Shown here: piece by piece, positions 24,298 to 37,674 of the stretch | Layout: each line of letters opens with the position of its first letter | Numbering within the stretch: the stretch's first letter is position 1 | Assembly: GCF_006345805.1 (NCBI RefSeq) | Contig: NC_043008.1 | Span: 46,500,001-46,564,000 of the forward strand | Origin: Octopus sinensis | Lineage: Eukaryota | Length of the DNA: 64,000 nt | Direction of reading: 5' to 3' | Notes under the pieces: generated by a model | What the model saw: only the letters and a program-made list of their open reading frames with translations | Told to the model about the DNA's origin: nothing | The model's database searches: none | Program-made: the position numbers and the translations under genes

Positions 24298-25475
24298 ATA
24301 TATAAATATATATATATTATATATAAATGCGTGTGTGTGTGTGCATGTTACTCTGGCATAAGTGTGTATCCTGATAAATAATTTTGAGGATCGGCCCTTA
24401 TGTTTACCCCGTGATTATATTGTTTCCCGTCTCGGTTGTTGATTTTTCTGGTGTAAATACTGACGTCTATAATATTTCTCTTATTCGAAATCCTCGAGCG
24501 CCAAATACTGCAACGTTTGTCAATGAATTGCAGTCTACGATATAAAGCTTCGAAGCAATACATAAATGCTGCCATATTATCAATGTCGGCGATCATATTT
24601 CATTACGGTCATGAATGACATAAACATCCTATACTGGTTCCCAGCATAGTTATTAAACCAAACATGATGTCTGATATCGATATTATTCGAAATAAATAAT
24701 TCGTCGATAAAGGTTGGCCGAGTAAAATCTAAATATTGAGGCCAAATATCTAAGAGAATATTGGCTATAGCGTGATATAATAAATTATTGGTAGAATTTA
24801 TTAATTTTGCAGTCCGATATTCCTACAGGAATTGTCGCGAAAATATCACAAAATAAAGTTTCACTCAGCTGCATGGAAGTCATTGGAGCGCTGCCTGAAT
24901 AAAACACATGGGTCCTATATCATGATGCAACCCTAAAGTTGCCAAAACCATGTTGTACACGTGTGAAATCTATATAATAGAAATACATACAATACAAAGC
25001 GAAATATTGTATGATATTCTTGAGTTTTTCTAGAAATCTCCAACTAAGAAATAATTTCTTGTTAAGATCCCTTATTAAGAGATTATCCTTAATTGTTAAA
25101 CTTATTCCGAAATACCTTTCATTACCCGACATGCAGTTCGTAAAAAGCCCGCCATTTACCGGATATATGATTTATAAACATTCCATGTGCTTGGCCGGAG
25201 TGAGCAGTTGTCTGTTCGTCTTCGCTACGTAAGGTTGGTAGTTTATTTATGATGTGATCAGAATCAGTTCTGCTGATGATCATTAGACGTAAGTTGAATG
25301 TGAAATCACGGTGATACAGAACTAAATTCATTTTTTAAATGTCTTGCTTTGAAAAACTGCATTTGGGTATGATTAGTATAATTTTGGTAGTAATGACTTT
25401 GTCCCTCCTAGTGTGAGGCATTTATGTGTAATAATGCCCTCTATACAATATAGATATATATGTATACATATATAC

Positions 25476-25530
<55 letters not shown>

Positions 25531-25579
25531 CATATAACTATCACATATATATATATGTATCTATCTATCTATCTATCTC

Positions 25580-25627
<48 letters not shown>

Positions 25628-27812
25628 GGAGGTAGATAGATAGATAGATACATATATATATGTGATAGTTATATGTATATATACATATATATATATGATA
25701 GTTTTATGTATATATATATATATATAGGTGGAAGAATTGAAATAAATGTTACAGGGAAAACCTGAATACCTCCCGAACACACCTGATTAATACTTACCTA
25801 GAAAGGCTTCCCTCCATCTCTGATACTAAACTGAAAATAATTCCAGTTTTTCGTTAATAATACATTTCATTCAGTTTTGTGTTCTATGTCTCCCACCTTT
25901 ACATTGTTTATAGATTTGACACTGGAAAGATGGCTTATGTTTAATATTAATTTTGCTTTTCTTTTCGTAATGATTTTGTGGATGTAATGTGTCCATCAAT
26001 TTCCGATTTCCAACAACGATGCTAATATTGATGCTGATGCGCAAATTGTAGATTCTCAGTATTTTCCAAAATGATAAATAATAATAAAATAAAATTTGGC
26101 ATATATATTACTGTAATCTACCGTGAATGATTTGATTATTTTAAACATCCATGTAGCACCGAATATTTTTGGCAAGATTGTAGTAAACAAGTGCGCTTGG
26201 GAAACCTATTAACAAACGTTGTTTTCCTGAAACGAATGATACTCGGATACCATAGTTCTCGCATTGGTGAGGCTGCATGCTAAAATGGAATTGAAAATCA
26301 ATGTTATACAAGGGTATATGTGGGTATGAAGTCGATGTACAGTACATTCTAGTCAATAGTTCATGCGTAGAACACAACCAAAGATACACTTTGATTTTTT
26401 TGTTAATTCAGAGCTAATACCATAATATGCATGTAAGAACGAAACTTTAGCTGGAGAAAAAGAAATATCCCTTTTTACTGATGCTCTTTTGTCAATAAAT
26501 ATATATGTAGCTGTAGTTTGCGTATATGAAACAGATGCAATGTATTATATGGACGTCCGGCCAACGAGGATCTTGTAATTACTTGTAAAGTCAAGTCACT
26601 CACTTCTCGCGTTCTCTCTTAATCTCTCTGGCGCATAATTCCTTTTCTAACGTTCATTTATTTTTATTTATATTGCGGATTACTTTGTTTGGTATTTTAG
26701 AATTTACTTAGAGCAGGGAATGTTGATGAAACCCTTCGAAATATCATGAAATGTCTCATGCATAAAACCCAAATCAAACACATCGCCAGAATAACACAAT
26801 CTTGGGATACACATTATTGCTGACTATAATTAATTCTATGTAACTGGCAGAATATCAGTAAGGCATGTAGGAATAAATGAATAAGAAAGTTAGAATTGGT
26901 CTTTCCAAAAGATATCGGGATACCTTTCAACAGAAAAGATAAAATGAGCAAATACGGGAATTTATAATTTGTCTCTGAGCCGAAAAGCCAGAATATTCCA
27001 CTCAGGTAATATACATGCTTAACATGACTGTGAAAAGACAAACTGTGCTAATAGAAGGCTCCAAATAAATTGTTAACGAAAATAAATATTATTCAGATTA
27101 TTAGCCGTCAGCCAGAGAGAAAAATGAATAACGTCAGATATTAAATTCAAAAGAAAAACTATGTATCAGCGTACATAAAGGAACGCGAAAAGTCTTTAAT
27201 ATATAATGACAACGGTAAGTCTGGACTAATTTTAGAGGGGTTTACACGCCAATATAATCTAAGCATATGTTAAGCAAGATCACATCATATTGATCTGGAA
27301 TGGCATTTTCAAAAAGTAATGAGTGAAATAGGAAACCGAATTGCACATTAATATGCTGCAACACTTCCCTTATATGAATTAAACATAAATACCTTTCGGG
27401 GTGGTATTCGTAATGTGACGTTGCTTCAATATTTAGGTACAAAATACTAGGACTTGAAAACGATTTACATTTTATTGCTACGATTGGAGAGGTTTTAAGT
27501 TGGAATCCTCGCGATTGAAAACAGGATTTGAATCTATATGATTATATTCGAACCTGGAGCAAGCATGTTAAAGTATTCAATGTCAATACCAACAAAATCG
27601 CATATATATATGTATATATAACGTTATGTGTTCGGGCGTGCATACGCGTGTGGGTTTGGGGTGGGGTGACCGTGAGTATGTCTATAAATATTGTTGCACT
27701 TCTATGTATAATCACATTGCTGCGAGTGAATACCTAAATATTCCAAATCGTTCAACGGTTCAATATACCAGTGCTTACCATATATATATATATATATATA
27801 TACATTTGTATG

Positions 27813-27918
<106 letters not shown>

Positions 27919-27947
27919 CACGTATATATATATATACATACATATAT

Positions 27948-28139
27948 GAAGCTGGATCTCTTCCTGTCAGGTGTCCCAGATGAACCAACTTCACGGCAGG
28001 AGGGGCAGATGAGGGCAGCTGCATCGAACTCTCTCATGCACCAAATGGCAGTTGCTAGAAAGCTTTCATGAAGTGAAACCAAGTAGCAACACCAAATGGC
28101 GGTGCCCCAGCATGGCCACAGCTCATAAGCTGAAACTAG

Positions 28140-28171
<32 letters not shown>
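27948..28171 (+). mobile_element. Retroposon 3' end with (ATCA)n tail (LINE 3' UTR or SINE tail)
   Basis: GGCGGTGCCCCAGCATGGCCACAG..CTGAAAC matches the tail of the 3450 and 7105 SINEs. Confidence 0.6.
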
Positions 28172-28173
<2 letters not shown>

Positions 28174-28194
28174 ATATATATATATTTATATACG

Positions 28195-28238
<44 letters not shown>

Positions 28239-28324
28239 TATATTTATATACGTTTGTGTGTATATATGTATATATATATTTATATACGTTTGTATATATA
28301 TATATATTTATATTCATATACGTC

Positions 28325-28362
<38 letters not shown>

Positions 28363-28365
<3 letters not shown>

Positions 28366-29292
28366 GAAGAATTCACAAAAAAAGCAAGAGAGGTGGTGTA
28401 GACAACAAACAGGTGTATTAGTTTAACGCTCGGGAAATGATAGTCTTTACCGTTTCGAGCCCCCTCTCTTCCTCAGAAAGGAACACAGAAAGAAACAAGG
28501 AAAGAAAATAAAGAATGTGTAGTGGCTAGTGATCTATCATTGCGAATGCCGGACAGAGGGCTCACATAGGAGAGCTAGGAGGACTGAGAGATAATAAAGT
28601 AGTGGTGATCCCTAGACGAAGGTGCGTGTCTATAAGAGAGCATGTATATCCGTCTGGAAAAGGGCTGATGACCTTGACGTGTGCTTGTGTGTGTGTGTAG
28701 GTGTGTGGATGTGGAGCTGGGAAGTGGTCAGTGCTAGTGTGTGCGTGGTGGTGTGATGTGATGTTGTAGTGTAGTATGGTGTCGTGTGATTTGATGGTGT
28801 TGGGGTGTGGGGTAGGCGAGAGTGGGGAAAGCAAGGGAGGGGTTTGGGTTAGGATAAGGGTGGGGTAGAGGTGGCTATGTGGGTAGCCTGAGGGTGTGGT
28901 TAGAAGTGGTATATGTGGGAATGGGCATCGGGGATGGGGTGGGGGTGGGATGGGATGTATAGGGAAGGTGGGGTTGGATTGTGTGGGATTGGTGCAACAA
29001 TGAAGGGAGAAGGGGAAGGGAAAAGGTGGGTAGGAATAAAGAGAGAAGGAGAGTAGGGGTGAAGAGAAGTAGTAGGAGTCGCAGAAAGAGAGAGGAGGTA
29101 GCAGGAGGTTAGAAGAAGAGGGGTAGAAGAGTTGAGCCCGTGTGATGCAAAGGAGCGAAGGGAGAAGATTAATCCTTGTTCACGGCGCAAACGGGAGTCC
29201 GGATGGCCCCTGAGCAAGGACAATCCGAACACAGACAGGTGTTGGAAAGAGTGACCGGTAGAGCGGAAATAGCGCGAGACCGGGCTGTCATT
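28363..29292 (-). mobile_element. PLE (Neptune/Poseidon-like), 5'-truncated: GIY-YIG C-terminus, C-rich 3' UTR, minimal hammerhead (28445-28480), leader
   Basis: NDSPVSRYFRSTGHSFQHLSVFGL...RREQGLIFSLRSFASHGLN. HHR reads CUGAGGA-A-GAG(AGGGG)CUC-GAAAC-G-GUA. Abuts (TA)n. Confidence 0.82.
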
Positions 29293-30940
29293 ATACAGAG
29301 TGTGATCAATAAACTGTTGTATAAATGTTTGCGTAGCGCAGCTTCTTGACGGTTGAATTTTATCTTACGGCAAATGGGCCTCGACGAAATTTATGCTGCC
29401 GAACGCACTTATCTGGACGGCGATACCATTACGTGGCCAATCCTTCACCACATATCACCAATTTTTGAGCTTTTGCAAATGAGACGATTTGATTGGATGT
29501 AAGCCTGTCTCGTCCCGCACTTTGCTAAATCTCTATGTTTTCATGATTTCTTAAATAACTCTTGTGTTCAGTCAACTTATAAATACAAGATATAATATAT
29601 TTACTTTCCTAGCTTGATCTGATTTTAGGAACGGGAAAACCGGATATCAACTGAGCAAATGACGTCATTATTCAATATAATGTTATGTACCGCTGCATAA
29701 TCATCGTGCATTCTTGAATAAATGACCACTCTATTTAAAAGTGTGTAGCAATACTTTCATTTGTCCATTCTTGTTTCTTTAATATATGCATAACTATGTA
29801 TATGTGTATACACACACACATACATACACACACCCATATTTGTGCTCAATGTTTTCTAACTTAACATCGATTATAGAAGAATTTATATTAATCGTTTTAT
29901 TGTATGTAGGGACGTACGTATGTGTGGGAGTGTTTATAACTTCCTAAATAACATGCATAAATTTTAAGGAATTTGATACCATCTGGTTTGGTGTTACAAA
30001 AGTTTACTTTATATACAGTTGTGATTAGGCATCCAAAAACAGCTTTTCTACTTTCAACTGTCGATGGCCAGTGAAAAGAATTATTGATTATATACCCCTC
30101 ATTTGATATAAATTAAACCCACTTTGTTACACAGAATGTCCAAGATGTCAAGTCAAACATGAAGTCATAAACATTCGCCCCGCAATGACGAGCAATGACA
30201 ATAGAATTTCATTTCTTATTGCAGCAAATTTTAATTGATTAATTACACACCTCCAAAATGCTCATTTCCCATTGCACAAACTGGCTAGCAATCACAGACA
30301 GTCCAATGTAGAACATAACAAGTTTGGATATAAAAATCAATATTCTTAAGAATTCACATTTACAATTTTGGTTAATGATACGCTGGTATGTGAAAAGAAA
30401 ATACAGTATATTTGTAGCGAAATGTGCTAGACTCTCTTGTGAATGGTCATGAAACAAATCAAGAGAATATTAGCCAAACAAAATCAGAGAGAATTGTTCA
30501 AATAGTTTTGAGAGACCGTATATATGTAAAGAAGCTCTATCTTTGGGTGGTGGTAATCGTGCGGTAATCAGCTATAGAGTCCAATGTATAATACCGAAGT
30601 ATAGAGAGAAATGTTAGATATTGCACGACATTACACAAAGTAACATATATAGCGGCTGTATGTGGGCGCCTGGAAGAAGATATGCGCGAGCATGAGTGCG
30701 CGCGCGCGTGTGTGTGCCTATATATGCTTCTGTTATATATGTATACAATTGTGATGGAAATATATTGGTATGGAAGCTGTGATATTTATGTAAACGTATG
30801 TAACCGATACTCGCGTTTGTTATGTGAACATGTGCGGTTTACTATGAAGGGTGCATATGTGTGGCGTGTGTGGACGTGTCTGGGAGTGTGTGCACCTCGA
30901 TGATTGCGTGTGTGTTTGTGCATAAGGTTTTATACGTAGA

Positions 30941-30984
<44 letters not shown>

Positions 30985-31312
30985 ATATATAATCATGATA
31001 ATATGTTATCGTTCTTTTATATATGTACTTGCAGTATAGCCCGGTTTTGTTCGTGATTAAGTAAACAATTCATATCTATTTATATAAGTCTCTTCAGAGC
31101 TTTGGTTCAAAAGACAGATGAAATTCCTTGTGAAAGGACAGCTTGATTGCAAAAGAGTTAAAATAAATATCTATGTTTATTAGTGAGAGAGCTAACTTTT
31201 CAACCAAGTAACTATTATAATTATAATGAATTAACTTATAACGGACAAAAAGATGACAAAACTTAAAGATAGAAATATATATATATACATACATATATAT
31301 ATATATATTATA

Positions 31313-31370
<58 letters not shown>

Positions 31371-31509
31371 GTATACATGCATGTACATATGCATGTAGGC
31401 ATATATAAATGTGTATATATATATTGTTTTACATGCACACACATACACACACACGCAGGTGCTTCGTTGTGAGCTAAGATATATGTTTCCCCTGTAGCCT
31501 TGTTCAGCC

Positions 31510-31610
31510 TATTGAGGGGCACGTGTCTTCCGCCATAGCGTCGGGCAGACGATAGCTTCGCGAGTGAATTTGGTAGAGGGTAACCTAAAGACGCTTCTCC
31601 TATATGTAGG
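31510..31610 (+). mobile_element. Old SINE body fragment (family of 3450-3863)
   Basis: GTGTCTTC...TCGGGC.GAC...GAGTGAATTTGGTAGA matches the SINE core. Confidence 0.55.
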
Positions 31611-31682
31611 TATGTATGTATGTATGTATGTATGTATGTATGTATGTATGTATGTATGTATGTATGTATGTATGTATGTATA
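31606..31682. repeat. (TATG)n microsatellite
   Basis: Directly visible. Confidence 0.95.
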
Positions 31683-31870
31683 GGGAGAGTTTACGAAAAA
31701 AACAAAAGACGAAGACAAGTGGTGTACAAAACAAACAGGTGTATTAGTATAACGCTCAGGAATAGAAAAAAAAGTATTTTACGTTTCGAGCCTACGCTCT
31801 TCTTCAGAAAGGGACACAGAAAATACAAGGAGAGAAAAAATGTGTGTAGTGGCTAACGGCATACATTGAC
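31683..31870 (-). mobile_element. PLE pLTR fragment with intact-core minimal hammerhead (31776-31811)
   Basis: UUU-CUGAAGA-A-GAGC(GUAG)GCUC-GAAAC-GUA-AAA. Confidence 0.75.
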
Positions 31871-32397
31871 GGATAGATAGATATAGAAAGTTATAACAAA
31901 GCAAGTTAAAATTATGTAATAATCTAAATGCTAAATTGACAACAGATTCTCTCTGAATGTATTTACATAAACCCACGTGTGAAGTAACAGAAACAAATAG
32001 AAATATGAAGTCTCAAAGAAACTCAGATGTGGAAGAAACGCCTATTCTCGTGCAATCACATGTAATACATATCTGAAAATGTTGTGTTCTGAAATTAAAG
32101 AAAAGAAACTAAATAGCAGAAATGATTCAGTCAAGCATGCTACAAGTCCTGTAACTCTACAGGCTTCAATTGATTTTGTATTAAAAGGAAGGACAATCCA
32201 ATAAATATTACAACGTTCGCTGAACCGGACAATGACTGTATTTGGCATAAAATCCGATCAAAGCTAAGTCGAAATAAATCTTTCAGATTCACTTTTATAT
32301 TGCTTAAAGTACATTCTAGTGACCGCTGAATCTGTTTATGCGTGTGACTATGTATTGGTATGTGAATACATACACACACATACACACACGTGTATAT

Positions 32398-32452
<55 letters not shown>

Positions 32453-32502
32453 GTACATCTTTATCTCAGTCTTTCTCTCTCTCCATATATATATATATAC
32501 AT

Positions 32503-32545
<43 letters not shown>

Positions 32546-32564
32546 TATATATATATAAATATTT

Positions 32565-32925
32565 AAAAATTGAGGGAGATAAATCAATATTAATTTTAAT
32601 ATCAATTTAAAACCAGTAGTCCAGCATTCAAAAAATCTGAGGAGTCAGAGAAAATTCAAATATATGTGTATATTGGCAGGGCTGGCCTGCTAGGTAGCCG
32701 GCCAGAATGCTAGAAAAAGATCATCAACGATCAAACTACAAGGGAAATTCTCTAGAGGAAGAATTCAGCGAACACCAGAACCAAATTTGGCGGGCAGGAC
32801 ATATGAAAAATTAAATAAAAAACAGACTTAAATGCATACCTCGGTTTCGGTCTTAACAAAAGAATTACTTGTATAATTCAAGTGTCCCTGACTTATTCAG
32901 TACATTCGGTCCTCGAGATGCATAT
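32565..32925 (-). mobile_element. PLE-like pLTR with degenerate extended hammerhead (32831-32906) and leader
   Basis: AAUGUA-CUGAAuA-A-GUC...GACC-GAAAC-CGAG-GUA-UGCAUU, with stem I fully paired. (TA)n on both sides. Confidence 0.55.
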
Positions 32926-32993
32926 ATATATATATAAATATATATACTCACATATATACTTAAACACACACACATATATATACATGCACGTAA

Positions 32994-33024
<31 letters not shown>

Positions 33025-33420
33025 CATATGTGTGTGTGTGTGTGCATCGGGTTTCTTCACGTTCTCCCTTTACCAGTCCCTCCTGAATCAACGTAAGTAA
33101 TTCCTCGTTGCACGTTTAGTATATTTTAAATAATTGATAGCGAAGGCATAGTGTACTGTATATTTTCCTCAGCACGACGATCGTTTAGGTTTACATGTGC
33201 ATTGCTTCGTAGTGGGTGGAGAACGATATACTGGAATCGAATGCACGCTACAGTGCAGAAGAATCCTCCTCAGGTCACTTACTACGTTACAATGTTAGAA
33301 TGAGTACACTTCACCATTGTGTGTGGTAGGATATTGTGGGTATGGTGGTTGCGTTTGGAGTAGATCACCAATTTTTTAACGAGGCTTCCAGCACAATCTG
33401 TCTTCCCCATGAAGTGTTTA

Positions 33421-33457
<37 letters not shown>

Positions 33458-33487
33458 ATATATATACAAATACACACACACACACAC

Positions 33488-33556
<69 letters not shown>

Positions 33557-33831
33557 TTAATCAGTCAGTAATCTAGTAGCTCTGTGTTGGCAAATATTAA
33601 AAAATAGTGTAAGAGTCGCAGTAAACTTGCCGTGACGATTGCAATAGCCAACGTTTCGGATAGAATCTTTCATCTGGGCGGTAGAGAAAAACGCTGAGAA
33701 TTTAAACTCTGTTTCACTTTCTACTTTTCTCTGCCCTCCTGGCGAATCACTGAATGCGAAACTTTGGGTATTCCACTCCTCACGGCATCTTCACTTTACG
33801 CCTTTCACTTTTTCTACATATACATTTATAA

Positions 33832-33864
<33 letters not shown>

Positions 33865-33867
33865 TAT

Positions 33868-33899
<32 letters not shown>

Positions 33900-33975
33900 T
33901 ATATACATATATAGATAGATGTGTGCGTGTATTTATTTCACAAAAACGATGACCGTCCCAAAATATAATACACCT

Positions 33976-34010
<35 letters not shown>

Positions 34011-35099
34011 GACGCGCATGACTTTACGTTTCAACAGTTCAGGTTCCATTACAGAAGGTGATCACTTTGTCATGATCACTTTTTGTCCGCATCCCTAATG
34101 GGATCGGTTTCTTTCTCTTTAAGCTTGTGGCATTTCATTCCGTGGATATTATGACACGTTAATTTCAAGAGAAATTGAGAAAATACCAGTTAATATAGTA
34201 AGTCATGAGATCGATATTTGATTTTGTTATCGGTGAACAGCGTGACAAAGTCGCAAACTCTATTATTTATCAAGAAAACATATCCACCATAGTAAGATGA
34301 AAGAAATCAGTGTCACGAATAATGATTTGGTTCGTTTATTTAATTTCCGTCCCTGCATGAGATCACGTGGTTTCATGAGGTGAAGATCAAATATGTTTAC
34401 TTATGATTAAACATAACTCTTGATTTTATAATAACACTAAAATAATTAATTAATCAGGTGTGTTATCAAACACGGTGGGCTATTATAGAATGCGTGTTTT
34501 AATTAGATTTCTGTAAGGGGCGTTTGTAATTGCAGCAATTACCAATATGTAGATTTATTATAATCATTAAACACAAAGAATGTTATATTAAATATGACGC
34601 TATTTTATCTATTAATTAAAGCATATATAATTAAATAACATTTATGTTCCATCAGGCAACACTACGCCATCGGCATGAATTTTCTATTTTAGCTGGGGTT
34701 TAATTAAATCTACCGTTTTCTTGACCATGAGATAGCAGATCTCCGGCAAATTCAAGATATTTCAGAGGACGCACGTTGAGCTCTGGTAAGCTTATCATTG
34801 AAAATGAGAATATAATATCGATGGCTTCTTTCCAAAGTAAAATGAGGTGTTGTATCATTCGAGGTAAAATCTGAAGATCATGCATGCGCCTGTGCGTGCG
34901 TGTGGTGGATGCACGTATGTTTGTTAACCTATTTTCGTTCCAAGAACGATTTCTGCCACGATGTTTCATTACTCACAGCAATTCAACTGAGATATCTCTG
35001 TTGTTTTTTAGCTTGTAGACATTTTCAATTTCGTATTATATCACTGTTACTAATACGAAAGTAGTGCAGCGTTCTTTAAAATCTATCTGAGTACAAACG

Positions 35100-36890
35100 T
35101 TTCCAAATCATATATTCCGATATATAATGGTATGTATTCCCTCAAGTTGATTATGAATGTCATTTATCTACCGGTTGCAGAATAGAAACCTTCTTCACAG
35201 TGAAATACTTGATTGCCAGATGTTTTTTGAAACTGGTATGCTATCCAGGCAAGTACTTTGCTTATTTGCAAGCTTTTTTTTTTACTGTTAACAATGTAGG
35301 ACTAAAGTACTTACTATTTGCATCATTGACCTGGTTGTGTACACTAGCGTCGGAACTAATTGGCAGTTGGTATTTATCTTCGCTGTTTGCTATGAATTCA
35401 CACTTCTGTGCATTGAGAAAGAAACTATATGGATTCAGCAAACGCAAAGAATATCTACAAGTCAAGGTCAAAGAAATATTCTGTTGGTATTTTGATCATT
35501 TCTGTTTGTTGGTGACCAGTTTCTGATGACGATGTCAACACGCTGTGTAAGATTTTGTCCACTAAAATCCCAAGAAAAAAGGAACCAAGGTGTTTCTATG
35601 AAGAGTTTATTATTTTCTTTTTTTATTGGGCATTCTGTGATCTGAATAATATTCCTCAAGTTTCAATAGATGATTCGGTGATTTGATGGCAGCTTTACTT
35701 TGTTTTATCTTTATAATTTTGCTTATCATTTATAGTAGCTTTGTACTTTTGAGTGCTTGTTGTGTCAGCTTCCTTGATGGTGGCGTCGGTATCTAATTTA
35801 GTGGAAGCTGTTTTTGCCTGAGATTGCCTTTTACACGTGTTGCTTCAGCAGATTTATCAAGGCCAAAATTCATCACGTTGTCACTGCCTAAATCTCTGTT
35901 GTCAGCAGCCCTACTACCTCCACGTCATTTCTCGCAAACAGCTTCAAATCGACTTTTTAAAACAGATGGTTTATTTTAGTATAACAAGTTTTGAAACAAT
36001 ACCTGCTGTTATTCGATTCTTTTGAGAGTGCGATCAGTACCATGCAAAAGAGTTTTTGCACTTTGAAAGCCGTGATTTCCACAGATCTCCCAATAGATCA
36101 TACTTGCCACATCTTTTGTATTCTTGTTGTGTCAACTTCGGACACTCGCTAACGATGTGTCTTACCATTTCACCCATCTCACCACATATTCGGTATTTGT
36201 CGTTATCCGTTAGAGTTGTCAATTCTGCACTTCATATAGTTGGTCCTTAATGATTGTTCTTGGAGTCTATACCTCTTGTAATTTGACCGGACATTTTCTT
36301 TTCTCTTTATGCTTGTTCTTCGTTCTCTTTATTTCTTGTTTAAATTTTTCTCTTGTAGCACAATTTTCAGTTTTTATGGCACCACATTCTTTGTGTGTTT
36401 CAACAGTGGATCCACGGCCTTTTTTACGTACCACCATAAGCTGTTTTCCTCTGCTTCGATACAGCTCTGGCAATTGATCAAACCCCTCTTTCTTCTGGAC
36501 AAGTACAGCCTATCGGTGTCACTCTTAGGATTGAAGACTCCGTGTACTGTCAACCTTTTTCTGGTCTTAGTATCCCTTTTCTTCATTTCTCTTTTTTGCC
36601 ATTTTATAATACCCGCTCCATACCGAAGTGATACTGTCACCCACATATGATCTGCTGGGATTTTATTTCATCCAGTCAATTTTAAGCGCAACACCAAGCT
36701 CATTCTTCGGAAATACTCCATCCTCAGTTGTTCTTTCATTTCCTTTTTCATCATCTAGTTGAACTCTAATTCATCAAAGAATTTAAATCCTTCCTTTTCA
36801 ATTTGTAATTCTATCCCTGCTAGCGACTGTACATTACCTTTTTCTAGGTAGATTATTCAGCACTTCTTGTGTCCAAATTCCATTCTAACA
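35100..36890 (-). mobile_element. Two degenerate R4/Dong-like non-LTR retrotransposon fragments
   Basis: 36890-36040: MEFGHKKC, LRYGAGIIKW, NPKSDTDRLYLSR..RGL, and CCHC-like RIC..HIVSECPKL..EYK. 36000-35100: INHLF..DLKLFA..MNFGLDK. Confidence 0.7.
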
Positions 36891-37674
36891 TCACTAAAAA
36901 CCCAGTGGACCGTGTTCACCAAGGAACATGCTAGTGTCTCTTCTTTGCCATAGTTTCACATCACCCATGAAGAGGAGGTGGTTGATTGTTTTGGATTTTT
37001 ACTATTATTATTATCATTTTCATTAGCAACTTCTTTCAATTCGGTTTCCATTTCTTGCCGAGTGTCTTCCTCACAACTAGGGCAGAGAAACGTCCTGTAA
37101 ACTTTGGTGGACCATAAAGACAAGCACACCAGATTCTTCATTTACAGAGTCATGTGATAGAGAAAAAGGGGAAGACAGAGAGAAAAAGGAAAAATAATAT
37201 ATAGAACAATAAACAAATAAAATACGGGGGAAAGAGGGAAGAAAATTCTCAGCGGCAAGGTGCTCTTCTCAATACATACGACCTACCAGTTAAGACAATC
37301 TTTTCACGCTTCCTGCATGTATGGTAAGCCAGGGATCATTCTTAAATAATTTTCATTTCCTTTTTTGATCATTACAAGATATAACCTTCATCATGAAATG
37401 CAACATCCTTTCGATTTCGATTAACAGATCTTTATATAATAATTAATATTATTATTATTACTATCATTATTAATATTATTTCTTTCCGAGACAACGGACG
37501 TGTGTAAAGCAGCTCCGTAAGTTTTGTGCCAGTTTTGATTGGAAATTTCTCTAAAAGTTTTTTTTACATTTTTCGATATTTGTGTGGCCAAACCAACTAA
37601 TTTCTTGCGGAGCTAGTTGGTTAGGCAAAATTTTACCCCATTGGGGGTAAAATCACTGTTTGAAATATTGACTT

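Noticed and set aside
29659-29668. ATGACGTCAT full CRE site
   Set aside because: A single 8-10-mer is expected by chance, and there is no promoter context.
34693-34785. AG...GTAAGC bounded 93-bp candidate exon
   Set aside because: All three frames contain stops. It could only be non-coding and cannot be supported.
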